A stretch of 64,000 bases of DNA from an uncultured Candidatus Rokubacteria bacterium (GCA_963771355.1 CAVYTA010000002.1:32001-96000), one strand, 5' to 3'. Shown: positions 49,572-60,072, counted from the first letter of the stretch. The notes: generated from the sequence alone by a model not told the origin. A program made the numbers and translations.

Positions 49572-51002
49572 ATGACGTCCTTCCCCGAGTACGAGCAATA
49601 CGACGCCCTCGGCCTCGCCGAGCTGGTGAAGTGGGGGAAGGTTTCCCCGCCCGAGCTCCTCGAGGCGGCGATCGAGCGCGTCGAGGCGCGCAATCCGATC
49701 GTCAACGCGGTGGTGATGAAGCTCTACGACTACGGGCGCAAGACCATCGCGGACGGGCTTCCCGAGGGGTCTTTCCGCGGCGTGCCGTTCCTGATGAAGG
49801 ACCTCACCGCCTCCCTGGCCGGCGTCCCCATGACCCGCGGCTCGAAGTTCTTCGCCGACTCCCCGCCCGCCGCCGCCGACAGCGAGCACGTCAAGCGGCT
49901 CAAGCGCGCGGGCCTCGTCATCTTCGGGCGCACCAACACCTGCGAGCTGGGCCTCTCGCTGACCTGCGAGCCGCGGCAGTACGGGCCCACCCGGAACCCG
50001 TGGGACCCCAGCCGCATCTCCGGCGGCTCCAGCGGCGGCGCCGCGGCCGCGGTGGGCTCGCGCATGCTGCCCATGGCCCACGCCACCGACGGCTTCGGGT
50101 CGATCCGGGCGCCCGCCGCGTGCTGCGGGCTGGTCGGCCTCAAGCCGACGCGCGCGCGCAATACCATGGCGCCCTTCACCGGCGAGGGGCTGGGCGGACT
50201 CTCGGCCGAGCACGCGGTCACGCTCTCGGTGCGCGACAGTGCCGCGTTGCTGGACGCGACCGCCGGACCCGGCCCGGGCGATCCCTATCAGACGGTGGCC
50301 GCCACGCGTCCGTATGTCCGGGAGGTCGGCGCCGATCCCGGCAAGCTACGCATCGCTTTCACGTCGAAGACGCCCAATGGCGCACCGGTGGAAGCGGAGA
50401 GCCTCCGCGTGCTGCAGGAGACGGCCCGCCTCTGCGCAGAGCTCGGCCATACCGTGGAGGAAGTGGATCCGGAGATCGATGGCGCCGCCGTGGTGCCGAC
50501 CTTCCTCACCCTCGCCGCCGCCAATACCGTGGTGAACCTCGGCAGCCACCCCACCGCGGGCCGGCCCGCGCGCGAGGACGAGGTGGAGACGGTGACGTGG
50601 GCCACGGGCAAGCTCGGCGAGAAGGTGACGGGCGCCGAGTACGTGCGGGCGACGCAGACCGCGCATCGTCTGGGCCGGCAGATGGCCGCCTTTCACCTGC
50701 GCTGGGACGTGCTGCTCACCCCCGGGCTGGCCACCCTGCCCCCGCGGCTGGGCTGGATCGACATGATGCTGGACGACGTGCAGGAATACTGGCGGCGCGT
50801 CTTCCACATGTCGCCGTTCACGGTGTGGTTCAACCTCACCGGTCAGCCCGCCATGATGCTGCCGCTGGGCGTCAGCGACGCGCTTCCGGTGGCGGTGCAG
50901 CTGGTGGGCCGCTTCGGCGACGAGGCCACGATGTTCCGCCTCGCCTCCCAGCTCGAGAAGGCGCGTCCCTGGTTCGACCGGCTCCCGCCGATCGCGCGCT
51001 GA
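49572..51002 (+). CDS. Amidase-signature family protein (NylA/AmiC-like)
   Basis: YDALGLAELV, GVPFLMKDL, SGGSSGG, DGFGSIRAPAACCGLVGLKP. Confidence 0.92.
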   Translation: MTSFPEYEQYDALGLAELVKWGKVSPPELLEAAIERVEARNPIVNAVVMKLYDYGRKTIADGLPEGSFRGVPFLMKDLTASLAGVPMTRGSKFFADSPPAAADSEHVKRLKRAGLVIFGRTNTCELGLSLTCEPRQYGPTRNPWDPSRISGGSSGGAAAAVGSRMLPMAHATDGFGSIRAPAACCGLVGLKPTRARNTMAPFTGEGLGGLSAEHAVTLSVRDSAALLDATAGPGPGDPYQTVAATRPYVREVGADPGKLRIAFTSKTPNGAPVEAESLRVLQETARLCAELGHTVEEVDPEIDGAAVVPTFLTLAAANTVVNLGSHPTAGRPAREDEVETVTWATGKLGEKVTGAEYVRATQTAHRLGRQMAAFHLRWDVLLTPGLATLPPRLGWIDMMLDDVQEYWRRVFHMSPFTVWFNLTGQPAMMLPLGVSDALPVAVQLVGRFGDEATMFRLASQLEKARPWFDRLPPIAR

Positions 51003-51029
51003 CCGCGGGGCGGCGGCACCCCGGCCCGG

Positions 51030-51872
51030 TCAGCGCGCCATGAGCCGGCGCCCAGCCTCACGGATCTTGCCGACGTCGTAGGGCGGCTGGACGAGCAGGA
51101 TGAGCCGGGCCACGCCGAGGGCTTCGAGCCCCGCGCGCGGAGCCGAACCCGCACTGAGCCAGCCGTCGGCCAGCCCCGTGAAGACGGTGACGAGGAAGCC
51201 CGCCGGGTCGCGCCCCGACTCGCGATGCGCGTCCCGCGCCACCCGCACCAGCTCGGCCAGCTGCGGATGCCGGGCCTGGGTATTGAACCCGTCGGCCCAG
51301 CGCCCCGCGATGCCGGCCATGCGCGGCCCGAAGCCGCCCACCACGATGGGCGGCGCGCCGGCCGGCGGCCCCGGGTGGAGAAATCCATCCGGGCGCACGA
51401 GGCGATAGTGCGTCCCGGCGAAATCCGACGGGTCCCCCGCCCAGAGTCGCTTCATCACCTGGCACGCCTCGGCCACCCGCGCCGCACGCACGGCGTCGGG
51501 CTCGACCCTGAGCCCGATGGATTCGTGCTCACGCGCGTAGGGCAGGCTGCGATTGCCGCCCGCGCCGATGCCGAGCAGCAGGCGGCCGCCGGACACCTGC
51601 TGGAGGGTGGCCGCCATGTTGGCGAGAAGGCCCGGATGCCGGCTGCCGACATTGAGCACCAGCGAGCCCAGCATGATGCGCCGGGTGGCCTCGGCCAGCG
51701 CGGAGAGCACGGTCCAGACCTCGGGCACCGGCGAGTCCCCTCCGCCATCGGGATCGCGGAGGTGATCCCAGGTCCAGAGGCCGTCGAAGCCCGCCTCTTC
51801 CGCGGCCACCGCCGCCGCCCGGATACCGGCCCACGTCGCGCCCATTGGAATGAGGAGGAGATCGGTCTTCAC
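51030..51872 (-). CDS. LLM class flavin-dependent oxidoreductase
   Basis: AEEAGFDGLWTWDH, LANMAATLQQVSGGRLLLGIGAG, IVVGG, ADG. Confidence 0.88.
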   Translation of the reverse strand: MKTDLLLIPMGATWAGIRAAAVAAEEAGFDGLWTWDHLRDPDGGGDSPVPEVWTVLSALAEATRRIMLGSLVLNVGSRHPGLLANMAATLQQVSGGRLLLGIGAGGNRSLPYAREHESIGLRVEPDAVRAARVAEACQVMKRLWAGDPSDFAGTHYRLVRPDGFLHPGPPAGAPPIVVGGFGPRMAGIAGRWADGFNTQARHPQLAELVRVARDAHRESGRDPAGFLVTVFTGLADGWLSAGSAPRAGLEALGVARLILLVQPPYDVGKIREAGRRLMAR

Positions 51873-51897
51873 GCGGGTTGCCTCCAGGCGGGGCGGG

Positions 51898-53136
51898 CTA
51901 GAAGAACGTGTAGTACATGCTGACAGAGAAAGTGTCCATCGATCGCGCAGTGGGCGCCAGCACGTGGCTCTCGTCGTAGCGTGCCCGGAACACCTTCTCG
52001 TCGGCCTGGTCGTGCCGGTACTCGACCCGGCCCACCAGCCCACGCCACAGGCGGTACTGGAGCGTCACCGTGGTGGACCAGAGCGAGACCTTGTTGTCGA
52101 GCCCGGTGCGCGCGCCCTGCGCATCCTTGAAGTATTCCTGGCGCAGGGCCACCCGGAAGCGCTCGGTGAAATTGTAGGCGCCCCAGAGCCCCCAGCCCCA
52201 CCAGGTGGCGTCCGTGTTTTGCCGGTTGCCGGCTGCCACCTCGGAGGCCTCGCGCGTCTCCTTGCCTCCGGTGAGCTCGGCGGCAAGCGTCACCTTCTCG
52301 ATGCCGGTATAGACCGCTACCGCGTCGAGGATCCAGCGCTGGTGGGTGTCGTTGTTGGTCTGCTCAGGACCCACGATGGTGCCCACAGCGACATAGAACT
52401 CCTTGCTCGGCGTGATGAGGAATCCGCCCCCGAAAGAGGGGCTGCGGTTATTGTCCTCGCTGGTATCCGAGCCCGTGGCCGCACCCACCTGGACGGTGAG
52501 CCAGTCCGTGAACGAGTAGTTGACGACCCCGCCGGTCTGGGTGAACGGACCGGCCAGATTGAAGAGGTAGCCGCGGGAAAAGTTGAGATTGTTCGGCGAC
52601 TCGATCACCTCATAGCCCAGAAGGCTCACCCACTTGCCGCCCTTGATCGTGATCCCCGAGCCCAGCGGGATCTTGACCGAGAAGTAGGCTTCCTGGACGT
52701 CGAAGTAGGATGTGTTCCGGAAGGGAAACTGGTCGTCCTCGTCGCGGAAAATGCCCAGCGAGTGATTTTTCTGCGAGTCTTGCCCGGCCGTCACCACCAG
52801 CCCGAACCCGAACGGGTAGCGCTCGGACGGGTCCTTCTTGATGGAGAATTCCGCGATATTGAACGTGAAGCCCTCGTAGTAGTCGTAGACGCGCAGATCG
52901 TTCACCCCGCCACGGCTGGCGCCGGTCAGGTTCCACGTGAAGCTCTGCTCGAGATAGGCGAAGAGCTTGAGCTCGTCACGGAATGACGGCGGCTTGTCGT
53001 CCGGCACCCTGGGGGAGACGGCCGGCGGGGCGGCCTCGGACGGAGCCGCGGGGGGCGACTGGGCCAGGGTCGGGACGGGCGAGAGGACGTACAGTCCGGC
53101 GAGGAGCCCGGCGAGGCGCATCGGCCGCATCCTCAT
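51898..53136 (-). CDS. Outer-membrane beta-barrel/porin (BBP2/DUF1597-like)
   Basis: Signal peptide, QEAY, GKWVSLLGYEVIESPNNLNFSRG, PFTQTG, RVEYRHD, terminal Phe. Confidence 0.82.
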   Translation of the reverse strand: MRMRPMRLAGLLAGLYVLSPVPTLAQSPPAAPSEAAPPAVSPRVPDDKPPSFRDELKLFAYLEQSFTWNLTGASRGGVNDLRVYDYYEGFTFNIAEFSIKKDPSERYPFGFGLVVTAGQDSQKNHSLGIFRDEDDQFPFRNTSYFDVQEAYFSVKIPLGSGITIKGGKWVSLLGYEVIESPNNLNFSRGYLFNLAGPFTQTGGVVNYSFTDWLTVQVGAATGSDTSEDNNRSPSFGGGFLITPSKEFYVAVGTIVGPEQTNNDTHQRWILDAVAVYTGIEKVTLAAELTGGKETREASEVAAGNRQNTDATWWGWGLWGAYNFTERFRVALRQEYFKDAQGARTGLDNKVSLWSTTVTLQYRLWRGLVGRVEYRHDQADEKVFRARYDESHVLAPTARSMDTFSVSMYYTFF

Positions 53137-53196
53137 GATGGTTGGGGGATTCTACCGTGGCCGGAGCCGACACGAAGTTGATACTCTGCACGTGCC

Positions 53197-54153
53197 GTGA
53201 TCGCCCCCATCAAGTTCGGTTTCTCGCTCACCGGGCGCGGCGCCCTGGCCAACCGCGAGGCCATCACCCGCCTCGCTCAGCGTGCGGACACGCTCGGGTT
53301 CGACTCCATCTTCGTGACCGACCGCATGCTCATTCCCGTCTCGCCGACCTCCGGCTACCCCTACTCCCCCACCGGCGCCTTCCCGCTGGGCCCCGACGAG
53401 CCCTGGCTCGAGGCGCTCACCGCGGTGAACTACCTGGCCACCGTCACCCGCCGCATACACGTCGGCACCAGCGTCCTGGTGGTGCCGTATCGCAATCCCG
53501 TCTTCACCGCCCGCGCGCTGGCGACGGCGGACTATCTGTCCGGGGGGCGGATCATCCTCGGCGCGGGGGTCGGCTGGTGGCGGGCGGAGTTCGCCGCGCT
53601 CGGCGTGCCCTTCGAGGAGCGCGCGGCGCGCACGGACGAGGCGCTGCGCATCATGAAGGCGGTGTGGACCCGGCCGCGCATCACCTACAAGGGGCGCTTC
53701 TGGCAGATCGAGGAGGCGGGCGGAGTGTTCCCGCAGCCGGTACAGCGCCCGCACATCCCCATCTGGATCGGCGGCCACACCGACGCCGCCCTCCGCCGGG
53801 TGGTGGCGCTGGCCGACGGCTGGCACCCCCTGGGCCTGCGGCCGCCGGTGGCGCTGCATCCGCCGGAGATGGGCGCGGCGGTGCGGCGCCTCCGCGACAT
53901 GGCGTCCGCAGCCGGACGCGATCCCGGGAGCATCGTGGTCACGTTCAAGGGCCCCGTGAAGTTCGATCTGGCCGCACCCGTCGAGCGCCCGCCGCTCACC
54001 GGCTCCGCCGACCAGATCGTCGAGGATCTGTGCCTCTACGTCGCCGCCGGCGTGGAGCACTTCATCCTCGACTTCTCGGTGCCGACGGTGCCGGAGATGC
54101 TCGACGTGCTCGAGCGCATCACGGCCGACGTCCGCCCGCGCGTCCGCGCCTGA
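53197..54153 (+). CDS. LLM class oxidoreductase (putative F420-dependent)
   Basis: GFDSIFVTD, GTSVLVVPYRNP, LSGGRIILGAGVGW, PIWIGG, DGWHP. Confidence 0.9.
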   Translation: MIAPIKFGFSLTGRGALANREAITRLAQRADTLGFDSIFVTDRMLIPVSPTSGYPYSPTGAFPLGPDEPWLEALTAVNYLATVTRRIHVGTSVLVVPYRNPVFTARALATADYLSGGRIILGAGVGWWRAEFAALGVPFEERAARTDEALRIMKAVWTRPRITYKGRFWQIEEAGGVFPQPVQRPHIPIWIGGHTDAALRRVVALADGWHPLGLRPPVALHPPEMGAAVRRLRDMASAAGRDPGSIVVTFKGPVKFDLAAPVERPPLTGSADQIVEDLCLYVAAGVEHFILDFSVPTVPEMLDVLERITADVRPRVRA

Positions 54154-54296
54154 GCGGAGCGCCCCTGGCGCCGCCCACCGCCGCCGCGACGCGCTCGCTG
54201 GCCGCCACCTTCGGGGCGTCGGACGCGGCCGGCCGGCCTCGCCCACGCCGGGCGCGCGAAGTTGAAGCGGCGGCGCGAACCTGGGACAATCCCCTC

Positions 54297-54644
54297 ATGA
54301 GATACCTCTACGCCGCACTCCTGGCGATCGCGCTCTCGCCGGGCCCCGCCTTGGCCCATCACGGCTGGAGCGGGTACGACAGCGACAAGACCCTCAACCT
54401 CACCGGCACCATCCGCGAGGCCGGCTACGAGCACCCGCACGGCTACATGAGGCTCGAGGTGCCCGGCAAGACCTGGCTCGTCGTCCTGGCCCCACCCTCG
54501 CGCATGGAGAACCGCGGACTCCAGCGGGCGGCCCTCACACCGGGCAAGACCGCGACGGTGGTCGGGTACCCGAACCGCACCGACCCGAACGAGCTGCGGG
54601 CGGAGCGAATCACACTGGACGGCAAGACCACCGAGCTCCGTTGA
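54297..54644 (+). CDS. Secreted DUF6152-like protein
   Basis: Signal peptide followed by AHHGWSGYD, EHPH, LAPPSRM, RAERIT. Confidence 0.75.
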   Translation: MRYLYAALLAIALSPGPALAHHGWSGYDSDKTLNLTGTIREAGYEHPHGYMRLEVPGKTWLVVLAPPSRMENRGLQRAALTPGKTATVVGYPNRTDPNELRAERITLDGKTTELR

Positions 54645-55138
54645 TCCACGACCCGCAGGCGGCGGCCTGGCTGGTCTGGCTGGAGTCCAGCGCGCTCGCG
54701 GTGGCGATGCGGAAGTGGATGTGGCTATACCCCGCCGTGGAGATCGTCCACATCACCGGCATCGTGGCCCTGGTGGGCGGGGCCATCTTCTTCGACCTGC
54801 GGCTCCTCGGCCTCTCGCGCGGCCTTCCCGTCGCCACGCTGGCCCGGCACCTCCTGCCGTGGTCGCGCGTGGGCCTGGGCCTGATGGCCGTTTCCGGCGC
54901 GCTCATGTTCACCGCGCACGCGACGGAGTGGGCGGAGAACCCCGCCTTCCGCGTGAAGATGCTCCTCATCATCGCCGCCGGTCTGAACGCGTGGGCCTTC
55001 CACCGCTGGCCCTTCCGCAGCGTGGCCCGCTGGGACCGCGAGATGCCGGCTCCGCCCCGCGCCCGTGTCGCCGCGGTTCTTTCCATCGCGCTCTGGCTGT
55101 CCGTGATCACCTGCGGCCGCCTCCTCGCCTACCTCTGA
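54641..55138 (+). CDS. DUF6644-like membrane protein
   Basis: LYPAVEIVHITG, DLRLLG, SGALMF, NPAFRVKM, GRLLAY. Coupled to the upstream gene. Confidence 0.75.
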   Translation: MIHDPQAAAWLVWLESSALAVAMRKWMWLYPAVEIVHITGIVALVGGAIFFDLRLLGLSRGLPVATLARHLLPWSRVGLGLMAVSGALMFTAHATEWAENPAFRVKMLLIIAAGLNAWAFHRWPFRSVARWDREMPAPPRARVAAVLSIALWLSVITCGRLLAYL

Positions 55139-55998
55139 CCTGGTTCGCGCTCGCCCTCGGCGCCGCCCTCCTGCAGGCGGCCCAGATCACCTTCGTCAAG
55201 GGCCAGGCCCGCGGCATCCCGCCGCTGATCATGGTGTTCTGGACGCAGGCGGTGGGCGTCGCCGGCTGGGCCCTCGGCATCTGGCTCACCGGGACGGCGA
55301 TCCACGTGCCGCCGCACATGTGGGGCTGGATCGCGCTCGCCGCGCTGTGCGCCGGGGCCTACTCCTATCTCCTCACGCGCGCGAGCAGCCGGGGGGACAT
55401 CTCCATCGTGGGCCCGGTGCTGGCGCTGGCGCCGATCTTCTCCATCCTGCCGGACTGGTGGCTCACCGACACGCTGCCGCGCGGCGTCGGCTGGATCGGG
55501 GTGGGCCTCTCCGTCGTCGGCACCGCCGGGCTCAGCCGCACGCCGACCCGGCGCCTCGACCTCCGTGCCTTCTTCTCCCGGGGCGACGCCCTCGACGCCC
55601 TGGGCTCCGCCGTCTTCCTGGGCGTGCTGGCGGCCGTCGACCGGCGCAACGTGCTCGCCATGAGCGTGCCGTCCTACTTCGTCGTCGCCTACGCGGTACT
55701 CGCCGTCCCCCTCCTGTTGCTCGTCCTGGTCCACGCCCCCCGCGCGCTCGCCGACTCGCTGCGCCCCGCCCAGCTCGCGCGCGTTCTGGGCCACGCGCTG
55801 ATCGTGCTCGCGGGCACTGCCTTGCAAGTCCTCGCTCTCGTCCTCGCGCCCGCCGCCTACGTCTCCTCCATCCGCCGCACCTCGGCCGTCTTCACGGTGC
55901 TGCTGGGCAGCGCTCTCTTCAAGGAGGAGGGCCTGGCCGGACGGCTCGCCGCCGCGCTGCTGACCGTGCTCGGCGCGGTGTGCCTGGTGCTGGGGTAG
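55135..55998 (+). CDS. DMT/EamA family transporter
   Basis: About 10 TM segments; GDISIVGP, AYVSSIRRTSAVFTVLLG...FKE. Start uncertain: an in-frame CTG overlaps the upstream stop. Confidence 0.8.
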   Translation: MTWFALALGAALLQAAQITFVKGQARGIPPLIMVFWTQAVGVAGWALGIWLTGTAIHVPPHMWGWIALAALCAGAYSYLLTRASSRGDISIVGPVLALAPIFSILPDWWLTDTLPRGVGWIGVGLSVVGTAGLSRTPTRRLDLRAFFSRGDALDALGSAVFLGVLAAVDRRNVLAMSVPSYFVVAYAVLAVPLLLLVLVHAPRALADSLRPAQLARVLGHALIVLAGTALQVLALVLAPAAYVSSIRRTSAVFTVLLGSALFKEEGLAGRLAAALLTVLGAVCLVLG

Positions 55999-56129
55999 CC
56001 AGAGGCTCGGCTGCGGTTGCGTGGGGCCGGCCCTTCGCAGTACCCTGCCCGCGACCCGACGGACCGACCTATGGTCGGCAATGTGTCCGCGGCCCCCGCC
56101 GCGACCACGTCACGTGACCCGGGGAGACG

Positions 56130-58079
56130 ATGAGCTCGAGACAGGTGCTGAAGAAGGTCATCCCGGTCGAGGACGCGGTCTCCGTGCTGCAGGACGGCGA
56201 GGTGCTCGCCACCTCCGGCTACGGTGGCCACGGGATGCCCGAGCAGCTCCTCGTCGCGCTGGAGCAGCGGTTCCTCGCCACGGGTCGGCCGCGGGACCTC
56301 ACGCTCATCCACGCCACCGGCCAGGGCGACGCCAGGGAGAAGGGACTCAATCTCCTCGCCCACGAGGGGCTGCTGCGCCGGGTGATCGGAGGCTACTACG
56401 GGCTCACCCCCAAGATCGGCCGGCTCGTCCAGGACAACAAGATCCAGGCCTACAACCTTCCCGAAGGCGTGATCACCAACCTGTACCGCGACATCGCCGC
56501 CGGCAAGCCGGGCACCGTGTCCCGGGTGGGGCTCGGGACATTCGTCGATCCGCGGCTCGAGGGCGGCAAGATGAATCGCGCCACCGTCGAGGACCTGGTC
56601 GAGGTGATCGTGATCAATGGCGAGGAGTACCTCTTCTACAAGGCGCTGCCCATCAACGTGGCCTTCATTCGCGGCACCACCGCCGATCCGGACGGCAACA
56701 TCACGATGGAGAAGGAGGCCCTCCAGCTCGAGACGCTGGCGCTCGCCATCGCGGCACGGAATTCCCGCGGCTACGTGATCTGCCAGGTCGAGCGCATCGC
56801 CGCGGAGGGCTCGCTCGACTCTCGGCATGTGCGCCTGCCCGGCGTGCTCGTGGACGCGGTGGTCGTCGCCGAGCCCCAGTACCACACCCAGACTTACGGG
56901 ACGGCTGCCTACAACCCGGCCCTGTCGGGGGAAGTCCGCATTCCCGTGCAGACGGTACCGCCACTTCCCCTCGACGACCGGAAGGTCATCGCCCGGCGCG
57001 CGGCCATGGAGCTCCTCCCGAACAGCGTGGTGAACCTCGGCATCGGGCTCCCCGACGCGGTGGGCCGCGTGGCGAGCGAGGAGCGGATCTTCGATCTCAT
57101 GACGCTCACCGTCGATCCCGGGGTGATGGGGGGCATTCCCGCCGGTGGCGAGGACTTCGGCGCCGCCATCAACTTCCAGGCCCTCATCGACCACTGCTCG
57201 CAGTTCGACTTCATCGATGGCGGCGGCCTCGACTGCGCCTTCCTCGGCTTCGCCGAGTGCGACCGCCTGGGCAATGTCAACGCCAGCCGCTTCGCCGATC
57301 GCATCGCGGGATGTGGGGGCTTCATCAACATCACCCAGAACGCCAAGCGGCTGGTGTTCATGGGGAACTTCACCGCGGGCGGCGCGCAGTTCGCGGTGGA
57401 GGAGGGAAAGCTCCGGATCGTCCGGGAGGGCAAGGCGAGCAAGTTCGTGGAGCGGGTCGCGCAGGTCACGTTCAACGGTCCCGCCGCGGCGACGCGGGGC
57501 AAGGACGTCCTGTTCGTCACCGAGCGCTGCGTGTTCCGGCTGACCGGCGCGGGACTCGCGCTCAGCGAGGTCGCTCCCGGCATCGACATCGAGCGGGACA
57601 TCCTGCGGCATCTCCCCTTCCGGCCGCTGGTGGAAGGCGTGACGGTGATGGACACCGCGCTCTTCGAATCGAAGCCGCTCGGTCTGCGGGACCGCATGCT
57701 CGATATCCACATCGACCAGCGCCTCGCCTACGATCCCGCGACCAATACGGTGTTCATGAACTACGCCGGCATGCGGGTGCGGAGCGTGGAGGACATCGAC
57801 GCCATCATTGCCGCGGTGGACCGCCTGCTCGGCCCCCTGGGCAAGCGCGTCAACTCGATCGTCAACTACGAGGGGTTCTCCGTCGACGACGACGCGATGA
57901 ATGCCTACATGGACGCGGTGAGGTACGTCGAGACGACGTACTACCTCAAGGTCTCGCGCTTCACCAACAGCGGCTTCCTGCGCCTCAAGCTCGGCAAGGA
58001 GCTCGGGAAGCGCGAGGTGTCCGCCCACGTCTTCCAGACGCGCCACGAGGCCGAGCGGAACCTCTCGAGTGGCCCGTAG
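56130..58079 (+). CDS. Acyl-CoA:acetate/propionate CoA-transferase (YdiF/Pct family) with C-terminal extension
   Basis: AYNLPEG, VGLGTFVDPR, RGTTAD, VNLGIG, FDFIDGGG, GNVNAS, GCGGFINI, VTERCVF. Confidence 0.9.
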   Translation: MSSRQVLKKVIPVEDAVSVLQDGEVLATSGYGGHGMPEQLLVALEQRFLATGRPRDLTLIHATGQGDAREKGLNLLAHEGLLRRVIGGYYGLTPKIGRLVQDNKIQAYNLPEGVITNLYRDIAAGKPGTVSRVGLGTFVDPRLEGGKMNRATVEDLVEVIVINGEEYLFYKALPINVAFIRGTTADPDGNITMEKEALQLETLALAIAARNSRGYVICQVERIAAEGSLDSRHVRLPGVLVDAVVVAEPQYHTQTYGTAAYNPALSGEVRIPVQTVPPLPLDDRKVIARRAAMELLPNSVVNLGIGLPDAVGRVASEERIFDLMTLTVDPGVMGGIPAGGEDFGAAINFQALIDHCSQFDFIDGGGLDCAFLGFAECDRLGNVNASRFADRIAGCGGFINITQNAKRLVFMGNFTAGGAQFAVEEGKLRIVREGKASKFVERVAQVTFNGPAAATRGKDVLFVTERCVFRLTGAGLALSEVAPGIDIERDILRHLPFRPLVEGVTVMDTALFESKPLGLRDRMLDIHIDQRLAYDPATNTVFMNYAGMRVRSVEDIDAIIAAVDRLLGPLGKRVNSIVNYEGFSVDDDAMNAYMDAVRYVETTYYLKVSRFTNSGFLRLKLGKELGKREVSAHVFQTRHEAERNLSSGP

Positions 58080-58129
58080 TGGTTGCGAAGCAGGGACTGA
58101 CCGAATGCTGTCGGGAGGACCACGCGTCA

Positions 58130-59152
58130 ATGCCTGATCACACTCGCCCGGGTCTCCCGTGGCTCATCACACGATTCGCGTTCATTGCTTTCGTGGCGAT
58201 GGGCATCCTCTCGCTGCCGTTCCTCGCCGCCTCCCAGCCGACCCGGACGGTTTTTCGAGTCGGTCACCTGGCGGGGGGCGGGCGGACACCCGACGGGGCA
58301 CCGCCGGGTCTGCTTCGCCAGGGTTTGCGGGAACTCGGCTATATCGAGGGCCAGAACATCACCTACGAGGCCCGCTTTGCTGAAGGCAAGATGGAGCGCC
58401 TTCCCGCCATGGCCTTGGAGCTCGTGCGGATCAAGGTCGACGTGATCGTGGCGCAAGGTGGGGCGGCGGCGGCGGCGGCGAAGCAGGCAACTTCGACCAT
58501 TCCGATCGTCATGGCGCCGGCCGCCGGGGACGCCGTGGCCACCGGGTTGATCGCGAGCCTTGCGCGCCCGGGCCAGAACATCACCGGGCTGACCGACGAG
58601 TCGATCCAGCTCAGCGCGAAGCGGATGGAGCTCCTCAAGGAAGCGGTGCCGAAGGCAGCGCGGATCGCCGTCGTCTGGAACGCGACCGATCAGGGGATGA
58701 CGCTGCGTTACCGTGAGATCGAGAAGGCGGCGCGGCTCCTCCACGTGGAGGTGCAGGCGCACGGCGTGCGCGAGCCCGATGATTTCGAGGTCGCGTTCTC
58801 CGCGATGGCCCGGCAGCGTCCGGATGCCATGTTCTTGGTGGCGGATGTGATGACGATCATGAACCGCAAACGGTTCATCGAATTTGCGTCGACGCAGCGC
58901 ATTCCCGCCATGTACGAGACCGACCTCCACGTCCGCGATGGCGGGCTGATGTCGTACGGGCCCAGCTCCGAGGACGATTTCCGTCAGGCTGCGCTCTATA
59001 TCGATCGCATCCTCAAAGGCGCGAAACCGGCCGACTTGCCGGCGCAGCAGCCGGCGAGGTATTACCTCACCGTCAATCTCAAGACGGCGGCGGCGCTGGG
59101 ACTGACGATCCCGCCCTCCCTGCTGCTCCGAGCAAACGACGTGATCCAGTAA
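58130..59152 (+). CDS. Orphan ABC substrate-binding protein (ABC_sub_bind family)
   Basis: GLRELGYIEGQNI, ATSTIPIVM, SLARPGQNITG, GGLMSYG, ILKGAKPADLP, NLKTAAALGLTIPPSLL. Confidence 0.9.
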   Translation: MPDHTRPGLPWLITRFAFIAFVAMGILSLPFLAASQPTRTVFRVGHLAGGGRTPDGAPPGLLRQGLRELGYIEGQNITYEARFAEGKMERLPAMALELVRIKVDVIVAQGGAAAAAAKQATSTIPIVMAPAAGDAVATGLIASLARPGQNITGLTDESIQLSAKRMELLKEAVPKAARIAVVWNATDQGMTLRYREIEKAARLLHVEVQAHGVREPDDFEVAFSAMARQRPDAMFLVADVMTIMNRKRFIEFASTQRIPAMYETDLHVRDGGLMSYGPSSEDDFRQAALYIDRILKGAKPADLPAQQPARYYLTVNLKTAAALGLTIPPSLLLRANDVIQ

Positions 59153-59193
59153 GCGCGGTGAGCAGCCGGAGAGGCCGCGGCTGGGCAGCAGCC

Positions 59194-60003
59194 CTAGCGA
59201 ACCACCCACGCCCCGATCTTCGCCACCACCTCGCCCTCGATCCCCGCATAGCCGTGGTGGGCGAAGGCCTCGCAGGGGTCGCCCTTGCTGGTGCCGCCGT
59301 CGAAGCTCAGGAGCTCCTTGCGCGGGGTGGCGGTGAGCCGGCCCATCAGGGCGTTGATGTCCGCGTAGCGGCACAGGGCACAGCCGTCCAGCTTGTGGTG
59401 GACGACGAGGACCGGCACCTTGATCCGGTCGATGGGCATGTCCGGCACCGGGCGCCCGCGCGGGTCGGTGAGAATGCTGGAGGTCAGCACGATGCCGTCG
59501 GGCCCGCCGTCCGCGAGCGGCAGCGCGGTGGCGAGGCTCGCTGCGGATTGCGTGCCACGGCTCGTACCGACGAGCCAGACCGGCACGCTCGCCTCCTTCC
59601 TCAGCCACGCGATCACCGCCTTGACGTCGGTGGCGTGCTCGCGAGTCTGACGGAAGCCGGAGAGATAGGGCGGGGTCTGGTGGTCCGATGGCGAGTCGAG
59701 CACGGCCACCAGGAGGCCTTGCTGGGCGAAAAGCGCGCGCGTGCGCACGAGGAAGTTCCCCTTGCCCCAGCCCATCTCGCCCTGCGGCGTGAGCATGAGG
59801 CCGCCGTGACCGCCTGCGAAGAGGATGACGGCCGCCTTCGGCTTCTCGGGGCCGAGCACCAGAATGCGCTGGGTGACGCCGGGGCGTGTGGGAATGTCGA
59901 CCACGCGCTCGGTCTGCGCCCAGGCCGGCGCGGCCGCCATGCAGAGCAAGACGAGAACCGCGCGCACCAATCGCCCCACCACGATACCTCCTGCCAGTGA
60001 CAT
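59194..60003 (-). CDS. Secreted alpha/beta hydrolase
   Basis: Signal peptide, LFAGG, GNFLVR, WLVGTSRG nucleophile elbow, HHGY. Start uncertain. Confidence 0.8.
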   Translation of the reverse strand: MSLAGGIVVGRLVRAVLVLLCMAAAPAWAQTERVVDIPTRPGVTQRILVLGPEKPKAAVILFAGGHGGLMLTPQGEMGWGKGNFLVRTRALFAQQGLLVAVLDSPSDHQTPPYLSGFRQTREHATDVKAVIAWLRKEASVPVWLVGTSRGTQSAASLATALPLADGGPDGIVLTSSILTDPRGRPVPDMPIDRIKVPVLVVHHKLDGCALCRYADINALMGRLTATPRKELLSFDGGTSKGDPCEAFAHHGYAGIEGEVVAKIGAWVVR

Positions 60004-60072
60004 AATCCCCTCGGCGAGGTACTTATACCGCGTCCCGACCTGACCCCGCAGCACCTGCAAGGAGGCCGACCA

